Notes: generated by a model from the letters alone, not told the origin. A stretch of DNA of 25,455 nucleotides from a candidate division WOR-3 bacterium (GCA_027050205.1 JALUCS010000125.1:1-25455); one strand, 5' to 3'; positions 15,535 to 25,454 are shown, counted from the stretch's first letter. Numbers and translations are program-made.

Positions 15535-17175
15535 ATGTGGTTTATGCCCTTCCTTGACAGTTTGTTGTTTTATGGGGGATTGACGAGGAGAGACCTGACC
15601 TTTGACAAGGACCTCTCCACCCGCACCGTCCTGAAACCTCCCCCCGTCCTCCGTTTCCTGAAGGACCCCATAGCCCTAATGGAGTGGGCGGGCGACTCCC
15701 TGCCCCTCTACGCCCGTATGCGACCGGAGGACGTCCCCCACACCCTCTGGATGGTCAGGTACAGGCCCGTTAAGATGAGGACGAAGTTCACCGTAAAGGA
15801 CAGCCTCATACGGGGGATAGTGGAGACCCTCCACTGCGCCACCTACTTTACGGACAGGGCCTTCGTAAAGCTCGGCAAGAGGAAGGGGAGGCTTAGGAAG
15901 AAGCTCCTTGAGATGTGGGACCCCGATGCCCCGGAGGAGGACAGCCTCCTCCATTCGGAGGTGAGGCTCTTGAGCGACTCCACCGACTACAACCTCCTCC
16001 TGAACGCCCTGATGTGCCTCATAAACTTTGACACCTCCTCCGTACCGAGGGTGGAGGGGGACTTCCAGTACGAGTACGTGACGGGCTTCGGAAAGGTGGC
16101 TGTAGGGGGTACGGGAAGCAACACCTACAGGGGAAACTACGTCGCCATCTACGACTTTGGCGGGGACGACCAGTACATCTTAGACAGCCCTCCCGTCCTC
16201 ATCGTGGACCTCTCCGGGGACGACAGGTACTCCGGAACCTTCGCCGCCGGGGTCTTGGGGGTCTCCGTCCTCTACGACTACGCTGGGGAGGACACCTACA
16301 ACTGCGACTCCGTCTGCGGTGGCGTTGGCCTCGGAGGTATAGGCCTCCTGTACGACCGGGAGGGGGACGACTACTACTCCGGCGGCTTCCACTCCCTCGG
16401 AGCCGGGACCTTCGGAGGCGGATACTTGATAGACGGGGGCGGGAACGACATCTACAAGGCCGTAATATTCGGTGAGGGCTTCGCCGGGACCTACGGCGTC
16501 GGCGTACTCTCCGACTGGGGCGGCAACGACGTCTATACCCTCGGCTACGGCCCCATCCACAAACCCCTCTTCCTCCGTCAGAGGCAGGCGATGGGCCAGG
16601 GCTTCTCCTTCGGTTGGAGGGACCGCTTCGGTGGGGGGGTCGGGATACTGGCCGACGCCTCCGGAAACGACAACTACGCCGCCGGCACCTACGCCCAGGG
16701 GGTTTCCTACTGGTACGGCCTCGGTCTCCTCTACGACGGGGAGGGGGACGACCGGTACATCTGCGCCGAGTACTGTCAGGGGGCGGGAATACACCTATCG
16801 GTGGGCGCCCTCGTGGATAGGGACGGGAACGACCTCTACTACGCGTACTACGGGCCGAGCATAGGGGAGGGCCACGACCTCTCCGTCGGCTTCTTCTACG
16901 ACTCAACCGGGAACGACACCTACTACACCAGCGGGGGCTTCGGCGTGGGTCTGACCAACTCCGTCGGGATATTCGTGGACGGGGACGGTAAGGACAACTA
17001 CTCCGCACGGGAGGAGGACATCTCCTTCGGTGGGGCGAACGTCCAGAGGGAGATGGGGGGTATAGGGATCTTCCTTGACCTCGGCTCTGATGCCGACGTC
17101 TATCCCCTCCGCTCCAAGGCCAGGAACGGTTCCCTGTGGGTGAGGCCGAGGTGGGGCCTTGGGTGGGACAGGTGA
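15535..17175 (+). CDS. Hypothetical protein with about 12 Gly/Asp-rich DxxGxDxY repeats (putative Ca-binding beta-solenoid)
   Basis: IYDFGGDDQY, IVDLSGDDRY, LYDYAGEDTY, LYDREGDDYY, LIDGGGNDIY, LSDWGGNDVY, LADASGNDNY, LYDGEGDDRY, LVDRDGNDLY, FYDSTGNDTY, FVDGDGKDNY, FLDLGSDADVY. Confidence 0.85.
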   Translation: MWFMPFLDSLLFYGGLTRRDLTFDKDLSTRTVLKPPPVLRFLKDPIALMEWAGDSLPLYARMRPEDVPHTLWMVRYRPVKMRTKFTVKDSLIRGIVETLHCATYFTDRAFVKLGKRKGRLRKKLLEMWDPDAPEEDSLLHSEVRLLSDSTDYNLLLNALMCLINFDTSSVPRVEGDFQYEYVTGFGKVAVGGTGSNTYRGNYVAIYDFGGDDQYILDSPPVLIVDLSGDDRYSGTFAAGVLGVSVLYDYAGEDTYNCDSVCGGVGLGGIGLLYDREGDDYYSGGFHSLGAGTFGGGYLIDGGGNDIYKAVIFGEGFAGTYGVGVLSDWGGNDVYTLGYGPIHKPLFLRQRQAMGQGFSFGWRDRFGGGVGILADASGNDNYAAGTYAQGVSYWYGLGLLYDGEGDDRYICAEYCQGAGIHLSVGALVDRDGNDLYYAYYGPSIGEGHDLSVGFFYDSTGNDTYYTSGGFGVGLTNSVGIFVDGDGKDNYSAREEDISFGGANVQREMGGIGIFLDLGSDADVYPLRSKARNGSLWVRPRWGLGWDR

Positions 17176-17188
17176 CCCCGTACCGGTG

Positions 17189-17194
17189 TAAAAT
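17189..17194 (+). promoter_or_regulatory. -10 box TAAAAT, 7 nt before GTG 17202
   Basis: TAAAAT-accttcg-GTG; start independently fixed by the conserved MF(T/S)G N-terminus. Confidence 0.8.
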
Positions 17195-17201
17195 ACCTTC
17201 G

Positions 17202-17798
17202 GTGTTTTCCGGAATCGTTGAAGGACGGGCGAAGGTAAAGGACGTAAGGGATACGGGTAAGGGGAAGAGGGTGACGTGGGAGTTTGATAGGGACGTAAGG
17301 CTGAAGGTGGGGCAGTCCGTCGCTATAGACGGCGCCTGCCTTACGGTGGAGGAGGTGAAGGGGAGAGAAGCCACCTTCTTCCTCTCCGACGAGACCCTCA
17401 AAAGGACCAAGTTCGGGAAGGTCCTGAAGGAGGGGTACGTTAGCAACTACGAGAGGTCCCTGAAGGTGGGCGACAGGTTGGACGGCCACATCGTCCTCGG
17501 ACACGTAGACGGGGTGGCCATCCTTAGGGAAGTGATAGACCTCGGGGAAGACGGGAAGGAGTGGGTGGTGGAGGCCCCCGCTGGCCTTGAGAGGTACGTC
17601 GCCCCCAAAGGCTCGGTAGCCTTGGACGGCACGAGCCTGACCGTAAATGCCGTAGAGGGCAACCTCTTCCGCATCCGCCTCATCCCCCACACCCTCAAGG
17701 TGACGGCCTTGGACCTCCGTAAGGAAGGGGATCCCCTCAACTTTGAGGCCGACGTCATCGCCCGGTACGTGGAGAGGCTAATGGAGTTCAAGCGATGA
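17202..17798 (+). CDS. ribE: Riboflavin synthase (alpha chain)
   Basis: GTG start gives MFSGIVE; SVAIDGACLTV, ETLKRT, GHIVLGHVD, KGSVALDGTSLTV, NFEADVIARYV. Confidence 0.96.
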   Translation: MFSGIVEGRAKVKDVRDTGKGKRVTWEFDRDVRLKVGQSVAIDGACLTVEEVKGREATFFLSDETLKRTKFGKVLKEGYVSNYERSLKVGDRLDGHIVLGHVDGVAILREVIDLGEDGKEWVVEAPAGLERYVAPKGSVALDGTSLTVNAVEGNLFRIRLIPHTLKVTALDLRKEGDPLNFEADVIARYVERLMEFKR

Positions 17799-18007
17799 GC
17801 AAGTTCCCCCTGGCCCTCGTCTCCCTCGGCATAGCCCTATCCCTCTTCAACCTCCGACTCGGCCCCATCGTCTGGGCCTCCGCCCCCATAGTCGTGTACG
17901 TGGTCGTCTCCATCGCCCACCGCAGGCAACTCGGATGGTGGTCCCTACTCGGTATATTGAGTGCCTCCGTCGCCGTCCTCTCCTACCTCCTCAAGGCGGG
18001 GGGCTGA
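17795..18007 (+). CDS. Small membrane protein (70 aa)
   Basis: ATGA overlap with the riboflavin synthase stop, three hydrophobic segments, fills the gap exactly. Confidence 0.7.
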   Translation: MSKFPLALVSLGIALSLFNLRLGPIVWASAPIVVYVVVSIAHRRQLGWWSLLGILSASVAVLSYLLKAGG

Positions 18008-18011
18008 CCTT

Positions 18012-19319
18012 ATGGTGACCAAGGAGACCCTCGTAGACCTCTACCTGATGGGGGTATCCGCCGTTCTGCCAGAGAACCTGATAAGGACGGCTGTCAGCAT
18101 ATTCGGACCCTTCGTAAAGGTCTCCCGGTTCCGTTTCAGGGGCGGGGTCCACGTCCTCGGCAGCGGCAAGGCCTCCGTCAGGATGGCCAACGAGGTCCTC
18201 AGCATCCTCCGGGACAGGGTACTCGGTGGAGTCGTGATAGGGGTTGAGGGAGGGGCGAGGGGCAAGGGAAATCGGATAGAGTTTCACTACGGTACCCATC
18301 CCCTACCCTCCGAGGGGAACGTAAGGGCCACCGAGAGGCTCTTGGAGTACCTCAAGGGACTCGGACCCAACGACCGTTTCATATACCTCCTTTCGGGTGG
18401 TACCTCTGCCCTCCTTGAAAAGCCCATCCCACCCATAACCTTAGAGGAGCTGGTGGCAACGACCGACCTCCTCCTCAAATCCGGTATGGATATACGGCAG
18501 ATCAACACCGTAAGGAAGCACCTGTCGGCCATAAAGGGGGGGAAGCTCGCCCGTATGACCGAGGCCCTGGGGTACGTTCTCGTCCTCTCCGACGTCGTTG
18601 GGGACGACCTCTCCTCCATCGGCTCCGGCCCCTTCTACCCCGACCCCACCACCTACAAAGACACCTACGACCTCCTCAAGTCCTACGGCGTATGGGATAG
18701 GCTGCCGGAGAACGTCCGGAAGGTGGTGCTGGCCGGCATGGAGGGGGAGATACCGGAGACCCTCAAGGAGATACCGAGGAGGATCCGCCACATCCTCATC
18801 GGGAACAACCGTACCGCCCTCCTGGCCATACGGGAGGGGGCGAAGGCCCTGGGTATCAGGGTGAAGATAATGACGGACACCCTCCAGGGGGAGGCGAGGG
18901 AGGTGGCGCGGGTCCTGTACTCCCTGGCTCGACACCTGGCCCTCTACCGCGAACCCTTCCCGACGCCCGTCCTCTTAGTATTCGGGGGTGAGACGACGGT
19001 CACCGTCAGGGGGAAGGGGAAGGGGGGGAGGAACCAGGAGCTGGCCCTCGCCTTCCTTAAGGAGATGGAGAGGGGCCTTAGGGTGATCCTCTTGAGCGCC
19101 GGGACGGACGGGATAGACGGCCCCACTGACGTAGCCGGGGCGGTGGTTAGCGACGCCGATAGGGAGAGGGTGGAGAGGGAGGGGATAGACTTAGACAGGT
19201 TCCTTAAGGAGAACGACTCCTACACCCTTCACGAGGCCTTGGGTACCCACGTAAGGACGGGACCCACGGGAACGAACGTCGCGGACGTGGTAATGCTGTA
19301 CGTAGAGGGCAAGAAATGA
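18012..19319 (+). CDS. Glycerate 2-kinase (TtuD/MOFRL family)
   Basis: GSGKAS, HPLP, LLSGGTSAL, INTVRKHLSAIKGGKLA, SDVVGDD, GGETTV, GGRNQE, GTDGIDG, TGPTGTNVAD; start ATG 18012. Confidence 0.93.
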   Translation: MVTKETLVDLYLMGVSAVLPENLIRTAVSIFGPFVKVSRFRFRGGVHVLGSGKASVRMANEVLSILRDRVLGGVVIGVEGGARGKGNRIEFHYGTHPLPSEGNVRATERLLEYLKGLGPNDRFIYLLSGGTSALLEKPIPPITLEELVATTDLLLKSGMDIRQINTVRKHLSAIKGGKLARMTEALGYVLVLSDVVGDDLSSIGSGPFYPDPTTYKDTYDLLKSYGVWDRLPENVRKVVLAGMEGEIPETLKEIPRRIRHILIGNNRTALLAIREGAKALGIRVKIMTDTLQGEAREVARVLYSLARHLALYREPFPTPVLLVFGGETTVTVRGKGKGGRNQELALAFLKEMERGLRVILLSAGTDGIDGPTDVAGAVVSDADRERVEREGIDLDRFLKENDSYTLHEALGTHVRTGPTGTNVADVVMLYVEGKK

Positions 19320-20578
19320 GGTTCCTGACAGCTTTGCGTCAGCCCACCATAAGGAAGTTGGAGGTGTTGGGGGATGCGGATATAGTGGTGGGCATACCCA
19401 CCTATATGAACGCGCACACGGTCCGGAAGGTCATAAGGACCGTGTGTCAGGGGCTGCGTATGTACTTCCCCGACAGGAAGGCCCTGCTCTTCGTATCCGA
19501 CGGAGGCTCAACCGACGACACGAGGGAGGTGGCCCAGTCCGTAGACTTGTCCGACTACGCCCACGAGAAGATAGTGGCCATATACCGGGGACTGCCTGGA
19601 AAAGGCTCTGCCTTGAGGGCGGTCTTTGAGGCGGCCAAGTTCTTAGGGGCCGAGGCCGTGGCCCTCTTTGACGCCGACCTCCGCTCCATAACCCCGGAGT
19701 GGGTGCGGAACATCCTGACACCCATATTTGAGGGGTACGAGTACATCACGCCCTACTACAACCGCTACAAGTACGACGGCACCATCACCAACTCCATAGC
19801 CTACCCCCTAACCCGCGCCCTCTTCGGTAAGAGGATAAGGCAACCCATCGGTGGGGACTTCGGCGTGGCCGCTTCTTTGGCCCACCACTACGTCCATCAG
19901 GACGTCTGGGAGACGGACGTCGCCCGCTTCGGCATAGACATCTGGATGACCGTAAACGCCATAACCGGAGGTTTCAGCATAGCCCAGGCCCGGTTGGGGG
20001 CTAAGATCCACGACGTCAAGGACCCGGCCAAGCACCTCTCCGGTATGTTTAGGCAGGTGGTGGGGACCATCTTTAACCTCTTAGACGAGTACGAGGAGTA
20101 CTGGAAGGAGGTCAAAGGCTCGGAGGACATCCCGATCCTCGGCGAGTTCGCCGGAGAGGAGCCACCGGCCTTTGATATAGACGTAGAGGCCCTTGTGAGC
20201 TACTTCAAACTCGGATACGAGAACTTCGGCGCCCTCTGGAGGAACATCCTTGAGCCGGAGGACTACGGGGTGTACGAGGCACTATATCACACCGATGACC
20301 CTTCAAAGTTCGTCCTGCCCAACGAAACGTGGGCGAGGACGGTCTACAGGTACGCCATCACCTTCCACAGCATGCCCCGGCAGAGGTTCAAGGTCCTGAA
20401 CACCCTCATACCCCTGTACAACGCCAACGTAGCCAACATATACAACCGCCTTCGGGACGCGGATCAGGTGGAGGCGGAGGCGTACTTTGAGGACCTCGCC
20501 CGGACCTTTGAGGACCTGAAGGAGTACTTCGTAGCCCTATGGGAGGGGATAAGGGCGGAGGAGAAGGTGAGGCGCTGA
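19316..20578 (+). CDS. GT2 glycosyltransferase, glucosylglycerate synthase (Ggs)/Mgs-like
   Basis: [67 protein letters not shown]-coupled to glycerate kinase. Confidence 0.8.
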   Translation: MRFLTALRQPTIRKLEVLGDADIVVGIPTYMNAHTVRKVIRTVCQGLRMYFPDRKALLFVSDGGSTDDTREVAQSVDLSDYAHEKIVAIYRGLPGKGSALRAVFEAAKFLGAEAVALFDADLRSITPEWVRNILTPIFEGYEYITPYYNRYKYDGTITNSIAYPLTRALFGKRIRQPIGGDFGVAASLAHHYVHQDVWETDVARFGIDIWMTVNAITGGFSIAQARLGAKIHDVKDPAKHLSGMFRQVVGTIFNLLDEYEEYWKEVKGSEDIPILGEFAGEEPPAFDIDVEALVSYFKLGYENFGALWRNILEPEDYGVYEALYHTDDPSKFVLPNETWARTVYRYAITFHSMPRQRFKVLNTLIPLYNANVANIYNRLRDADQVEAEAYFEDLARTFEDLKEYFVALWEGIRAEEKVRR

Positions 20579-21759
20579 AGGGACTCACGGCCCTTTTTAA
20601 CGAGCTGCCCGAAGAGATCCGACGGAAGGCCCTCATCCACAAGAGTATGGGGAACATGGACTTCTTCCGTCTGGCCACCCTCGGCGACGCCGTCCTGAAC
20701 CTCTGGGTGGTCTCCCGCCTCTTCGCTATGGGGTTGGACGAGGAGGACATAAGCACCCTCGCCGCCGATTACAAGAGCAACTACGCCCTCTATCTCGTGG
20801 TTAAGGCCCTAAGTCTGGACAGGTACCTCGTAGCCGAGGAGGGGGCGAGCAGCGAGTACTCCTACGCCAGTATGTTTGAGGCCATCCTTGGTCTCCTCTA
20901 TCTCCACTTCCCCCTCAAGAGGATATTCGCCGCCCTTGACAGGGAGGTCTGGCCACTTTTAGTGGAACTGCACCCGGAGTTCAGGAACTACTGGCAGCTC
21001 CTCTGGAAGGAGAGGAAAGGAAGGCTGAAGGTCAGGTACCGGGCGGTAAAGGGGGGATTTAAGGCGAGGATATACTCCGGGGGCCTACTCCTCGGGGAGG
21101 GGACGGGTAGGAGTAAGAGGGAGGCCCGCAACGAGGCGGCCCGCACCGCCCTACGCCCTTATAATACCGCTACCATGGCAAAGAAGGTACTTCTGATCGC
21201 CGGCGACTTTGCGGAGGATTACGAGACGATGGTTCCCTTCCAGATACTGCAGACCGTAGGCGTCAAGGTAGACGCCGTATGCCCCGACAAGAAGGCCGGA
21301 GAGAGGGTCATAACCGCCGTCCACGACTTCACGGGGGAGCAGACCTACAGCGAGAAGCCGGGCCACTACTTCACCCTCAACAAGGACTTTGACAAGGTCA
21401 ATCCGGAGGAGTACGACGGCCTCGTCCTTCCCGGTGGTCGCGCACCGGAGTACATCCGCCTCAACCCCCGCGTCCTTGAGATCGTGAAGCACTTCGTTGA
21501 GGCCAACAAGCCCATAGCGGCCATATGCCACGGTCCCCTCGTGTTGGCGGCCATACCGGGCGCCCTCAAGGGTAAGAAGGCCACCTGCTACCCCGCCGTC
21601 TCCCCCGACATCATCAACGCCGGGGCGGAGTACGTTGAGGTGCCTATGGACAAGGCGGTAGTGGACGGGAACCTAGTCACCGCTCCCGCCTGGCCCGCCC
21701 ATCCCGCCTGGATGAGGGAGTTCATAAAGCTCCTCGGCATAGAGATAAGCGAGAAGTGA
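20539..21759 (+). CDS. RNase III-like domain plus dsRBD, reading in frame into PfpI/DJ-1 (start may be CTG 20575)
   Basis: [25 protein letters not shown] and dsRBD end [20 protein letters not shown]; no stop before the PfpI ATG at 21175. Confidence 0.75.
   Translation: MGGDKGGGEGEALKGLTALFNELPEEIRRKALIHKSMGNMDFFRLATLGDAVLNLWVVSRLFAMGLDEEDISTLAADYKSNYALYLVVKALSLDRYLVAEEGASSEYSYASMFEAILGLLYLHFPLKRIFAALDREVWPLLVELHPEFRNYWQLLWKERKGRLKVRYRAVKGGFKARIYSGGLLLGEGTGRSKREARNEAARTALRPYNTATMAKKVLLIAGDFAEDYETMVPFQILQTVGVKVDAVCPDKKAGERVITAVHDFTGEQTYSEKPGHYFTLNKDFDKVNPEEYDGLVLPGGRAPEYIRLNPRVLEIVKHFVEANKPIAAICHGPLVLAAIPGALKGKKATCYPAVSPDIINAGAEYVEVPMDKAVVDGNLVTAPAWPAHPAWMREFIKLLGIEISEK
21160..21165 (+). promoter_or_regulatory. 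Internal -10 box TATAAT, 9 nt before the PfpI ATG 21175
   Basis: ctTATAAT-accgctacc-ATG, exactly at the domain junction. Confidence 0.75.
21175..21759 (+). CDS. DJ-1/PfpI family protein (glyoxalase III/deglycase-like), probably also made as a stand-alone product
   Basis: [28 protein letters not shown], nucleophile [18 protein letters not shown]. Confidence 0.88.
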   Translation: MAKKVLLIAGDFAEDYETMVPFQILQTVGVKVDAVCPDKKAGERVITAVHDFTGEQTYSEKPGHYFTLNKDFDKVNPEEYDGLVLPGGRAPEYIRLNPRVLEIVKHFVEANKPIAAICHGPLVLAAIPGALKGKKATCYPAVSPDIINAGAEYVEVPMDKAVVDGNLVTAPAWPAHPAWMREFIKLLGIEISEK

Positions 21760-21767
21760 GGAAAGGT

Positions 21768-21786
21768 GGGGGGCCTCCGGCCCCCC
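21768..21786 (+). terminator. GC hairpin after pfpI (terminator, pause or stabiliser)
   Basis: GGGGGGCC-tcc-GGCCCCCC perfect 8 bp stem, 8 nt after the stop; no U-tract; followed by GAGGG and GTG 21796. Confidence 0.55.
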
Positions 21787-21795
21787 GAGGGAAAC

Positions 21796-22614
21796 GTGGA
21801 GATACTCAACCAACTTCCGTTTAGGAAGTATTCGGCCTTAAGCGACTTCCTCGCCTTCGTTGGCATATACGACGACGTGGCCCGTAGGAGGACTTGGAGG
21901 GAGCTGATAATGCGACACGAGGGGGCCATCAAGGGTGGGGTGGTCGTGGAGGTGGGGGCGGGCTTCGGAGAGTTCAGCCGCCTCGCCTTGGAGATGGGAG
22001 CGAAGAAGGTTTATGCCGTTGAGCGGAACCCCTACGCCTACGAGGTCCTGAAGAGGAGGCTCGGCAGGTACGGGAACGTAAGGGTGGTCAAGGCCGATGC
22101 CATAGACTTCGTGCCGGACGAGGAGGTGGATGTCCTCATCCACGACTTCTACGGCCCACTACTCTACGACGAATCCCTATACGTCTTAGACAACCTCCCC
22201 TACTCTCCCAGGGTGGCCCTCCCCAACGGTGGCTCCCTCAAGGTGGCCTCCGTGAGGTTGGAGGACCTGGAGGACGATACGGTAGATGAGGACGTACTCT
22301 CCCTCCTTGATGGGGTGATCGTCGCCGACCTGTTCCCGATTGACGGGCGTCCCCCCACGTACGGGGAGAGGGAGGTGGCCAACTGGAGGTTCGGTAGGGG
22401 CCTGAACGTGGAGGGGGAGATAGACGTCGGGGAGTGGGACGGGGAACTCCTCCTCTTCTACCTTGAGGTAAGGCACAACGGCAGGCTCCTATGCGACTCC
22501 TTCACCTGTACCAACTGGTCCCTCGGATGGACCCCCAAGAGCGGGGACGTCTTCACCATAACCTTCAAATGGGGAGGGGACTTCACCCGGACCTACTTCC
22601 GTTGGAAGGTCTAA
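21796..22614 (+). CDS. Class I SAM-dependent methyltransferase, PRMT-like
   Basis: [10 protein letters not shown] motif [32 protein letters not shown] 21796 has SD-like GAGGG (track start 21766 runs through the hairpin). Confidence 0.8.
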   Translation: MEILNQLPFRKYSALSDFLAFVGIYDDVARRRTWRELIMRHEGAIKGGVVVEVGAGFGEFSRLALEMGAKKVYAVERNPYAYEVLKRRLGRYGNVRVVKADAIDFVPDEEVDVLIHDFYGPLLYDESLYVLDNLPYSPRVALPNGGSLKVASVRLEDLEDDTVDEDVLSLLDGVIVADLFPIDGRPPTYGEREVANWRFGRGLNVEGEIDVGEWDGELLLFYLEVRHNGRLLCDSFTCTNWSLGWTPKSGDVFTITFKWGGDFTRTYFRWKV

Positions 22615-25415
22615 TCCATCCCCAACACCTTCCTTAGGTACTGCCCCGTGTAGGACTCCGGAACCTTCGCTATCTCCTCCGGCGGCCCCTCCGCCACCAG
22701 GTACCCCCCTTCGTCCCCGCCCTCCGGGCCTAGGTCTATGACCCAGTCGGCGTTCTTTATGACGTCAAGGTTATGCTCTATCACCAGGACGGTGTTTCCG
22801 TTGTCGGCGAAGCGGTGGAGGACGTCTATCAGCTTCTTTACGTCGTCAAAGTGCAATCCCGTGGTAGGCTCGTCAAGGATGTAGAGGGTCCTTCCCGTGG
22901 GTATCTTGGAGAGCTCCTTGGCCAGCTTTATCCTCTGGGCCTCACCTCCGGAGAGGGTGGTTGAGGGCTGCCCCAGCTTTATGTATCCGAGGCCCACGTC
23001 CATCATCACCTGGAGCTTCCGCCTGATGGTGGGTACCTCCTCAAAGAAGTCGTACGCCTCGTCCACGGTCATATCAAGGACGTCGGCTATGGACTTGCCC
23101 TTGTACTTTATCTCAAGGGTCTCGGCGTTGTACCGCTTTCCCTTACAGACCTCGCAGGGGACGAATATATCCGGGAGGAAGTGCATCTCTATCCGCACGT
23201 ACCCCTCCCCCTCGCAGGCCTCGCATCTACCCCCACGGAGGTTGAAGGAGAAGCGGGAGGGCTTGTAGCCGCGGGCCTTGGCCTCCGGCAGTTTGGCGTA
23301 GAAGTCCCTTATGTACGTGAATACACCGGTGTAGGTGGCGGGGTTGCTCCTCGGTGTCCTCCCTATGGGGGACTGGTCCACGTCTATCACCCTGTCTATG
23401 TACTCCAGACCGAGGATGGTGTCGTGTGCGCCGGGATCCATCTTCGCCCTGTAGAGCTTCTTCGCGAGCGCCCTGTAGAGGATGTCCATCACGAGGGTGG
23501 ACTTCCCGGAACCGGAGACCCCCGTGACGACCACGAAGAGGCCGAGGGGTATCTTCACGGTTATGTTCTTGAGGTTGTTCTCCCTTGCCCCCACTATCTT
23601 CAGCCACTCGTCCCCCGGCTTCCTCCTCTCCTTCGGGACGGGTATGCTCCTCTTACCCGACAGGTAAGCCCCCGTGAGGGACCTATCGCTGGCCACTATG
23701 TCCTCAATCTTCCCGGCGGCCACGACCTCACCACCGTAGACGCCGGCTCCGGGGCCGAGGTCCACGATGTAGTCGGCGCTCCTTATGGTCTCCTCGTCAT
23801 GCTCCACCACTATTACGGTGTTTCCGAGGTCCCGCAGGTGCTTCAGTGTGCCTATCAGCTTGCTGTTGTCCCTCGGGTGGAGGCCTATGGTCGGCTCGTC
23901 AAGGACGTATATGACCCCGGACAGCCCGGAGCCTATCTGGGTGGCCAGCCTGACCCTCTGCTCCTCCCCTCCGGAGAGGGTGTCGGCTCTCCGGTCAAGG
24001 GTGAGGTACCCCACCCCCACCTCGTCAAGAAACTTCAGCCTCTTCACTATCTCCCCAACGATCCTCTCGGCGACGAGCTTCTTCTTCCCCTCAAGCTTCA
24101 GGCTCTGGAAGAAGGCGAGGGCGTCCTTGACGCTCATCTGGACGATGTCCCAGATGTTTTTACCGGCGATGTAGACGGAGAGGGCCTCCCTCCTCAAGCG
24201 GGAGCCTCCGCAGGCCGGGCAGGTGGTATAGACCATATAGCGGCCTATGTCGGCCCTCACCCACTCCGAGTCCGTACTCTTGTACTTCCGCCAGAGCTGG
24301 GGGATTATACCGTCCCAGTCCCTGTACTGGGGCCTGAAGTCCTGATCGTCAAGGGACTCCGGCGGTTCCTCAACCCCCCAGAGGACGACGTTCTTGAAAG
24401 GCTCCGGTAGGATCCTCCAGGGGTCGTGGATTGACGCCCCGTACTTGCGGGCTATCCTCTGGAGGACGCGGGCGGTTATGGGGTGGGGTTCGGAGAGGGG
24501 TTTTATGGCCCCCTCCATGATGGAGAGGTCGGGGTTGGCTATCAGCTTGCCGGGGTCAAAGTCCATCTTCACGCCCAAACCCGTACAGACCGGGCAGGCC
24601 CCGTAGGGGGAGTTGAAGGAGAAGAGCCTCGGCTCCAGCTCCGGCATGGAGAAGCCACACTTCGGACAGGCGAGGCTCTCGCTGAATATCTCCTCCTCGT
24701 CCCTGTCGGTTATGATTTTAACCAGGCCCTCGCTCTCCTTCAAGGCGGTCTCAACCGACTGGTGTATGCGGCTCCTGTCCTCCTCCCTCACCATCACCCG
24801 GTCTACGACTATCTCTATATCGTGGCGCCTGTTCTTGTCAAGGGCCGGGACCTCGTCTATGTTATACATTATCCCGTCCACCCGGACCCTCACGAAGCCC
24901 TTCTTGGCTATCTTCTTGAAGAGGTCCCTGTACTCCCCTTTCTTCCCCCTGACCACGGGGGCGAGGATCTGGATCCTCCGGTAGGGGTACTTCTTGAAGA
25001 GGACCTCAACTATCTCGTCTACACTCCACTTCTGCAGGGGGGTGCCGTCGTTGGGGCAGTGGGGGGTGCCGGCGCGGGCGAAGAGGAGGCGGAGATAATC
25101 GTATATCTCCGTCGTGGTCGCCACCGTGGAGCGGGGGTTCCGCATTATCTTGCGCTGCTCTATGGCTATTCCGGGGGAGAGGCCCTCTATCTCCTCAACG
25201 TCGGGCTTCTCCATCACACCTAAGAACTGTCGGGCGTAGGGGGATAGGCTCTCAACGTACCTCCTCTGGGCCTCGGCGTAGATGACGTCAAAGGCGAGGG
25301 AGGACTTCCCCGACCCGGATACCCCCGTTATGACGACAAAGCTGTCTTTGGGTATCTCAACGGTTATGTTCTTCAGGTTGTGCTGTTTCGCTCCCTTGAC
25401 CACCAACTTTCGCAT
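22611..25415 (-). CDS. uvrA: Excinuclease ABC subunit A
   Basis: Two Walker A motifs GVSGSGKS, two LSGGE signatures, LDEP, zinc-finger CxxC pairs, 934 aa full length. Confidence 0.99.
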   Translation of the reverse strand: MRKLVVKGAKQHNLKNITVEIPKDSFVVITGVSGSGKSSLAFDVIYAEAQRRYVESLSPYARQFLGVMEKPDVEEIEGLSPGIAIEQRKIMRNPRSTVATTTEIYDYLRLLFARAGTPHCPNDGTPLQKWSVDEIVEVLFKKYPYRRIQILAPVVRGKKGEYRDLFKKIAKKGFVRVRVDGIMYNIDEVPALDKNRRHDIEIVVDRVMVREEDRSRIHQSVETALKESEGLVKIITDRDEEEIFSESLACPKCGFSMPELEPRLFSFNSPYGACPVCTGLGVKMDFDPGKLIANPDLSIMEGAIKPLSEPHPITARVLQRIARKYGASIHDPWRILPEPFKNVVLWGVEEPPESLDDQDFRPQYRDWDGIIPQLWRKYKSTDSEWVRADIGRYMVYTTCPACGGSRLRREALSVYIAGKNIWDIVQMSVKDALAFFQSLKLEGKKKLVAERIVGEIVKRLKFLDEVGVGYLTLDRRADTLSGGEEQRVRLATQIGSGLSGVIYVLDEPTIGLHPRDNSKLIGTLKHLRDLGNTVIVVEHDEETIRSADYIVDLGPGAGVYGGEVVAAGKIEDIVASDRSLTGAYLSGKRSIPVPKERRKPGDEWLKIVGARENNLKNITVKIPLGLFVVVTGVSGSGKSTLVMDILYRALAKKLYRAKMDPGAHDTILGLEYIDRVIDVDQSPIGRTPRSNPATYTGVFTYIRDFYAKLPEAKARGYKPSRFSFNLRGGRCEACEGEGYVRIEMHFLPDIFVPCEVCKGKRYNAETLEIKYKGKSIADVLDMTVDEAYDFFEEVPTIRRKLQVMMDVGLGYIKLGQPSTTLSGGEAQRIKLAKELSKIPTGRTLYILDEPTTGLHFDDVKKLIDVLHRFADNGNTVLVIEHNLDVIKNADWVIDLGPEGGDEGGYLVAEGPPEEIAKVPESYTGQYLRKVLGMD

Positions 25416-25425
25416 GGAAGCGGGT

Positions 25426-25454
25426 ATTATACTGGGAAAAAGTGTTCAGATCAA
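25426..25454 (-). promoter_or_regulatory. Sigma70-type promoter of uvrA
   Basis: Minus strand TTGATC-17 nt-TATAAT-acccgcttcc-ATG; no SD. Confidence 0.8.

Noticed and set aside
17176..17201. FMN riboswitch upstream of riboflavin synthase
   Set aside because: Only 26 nt intergenic, with the -10 box 7 nt from the start; no room
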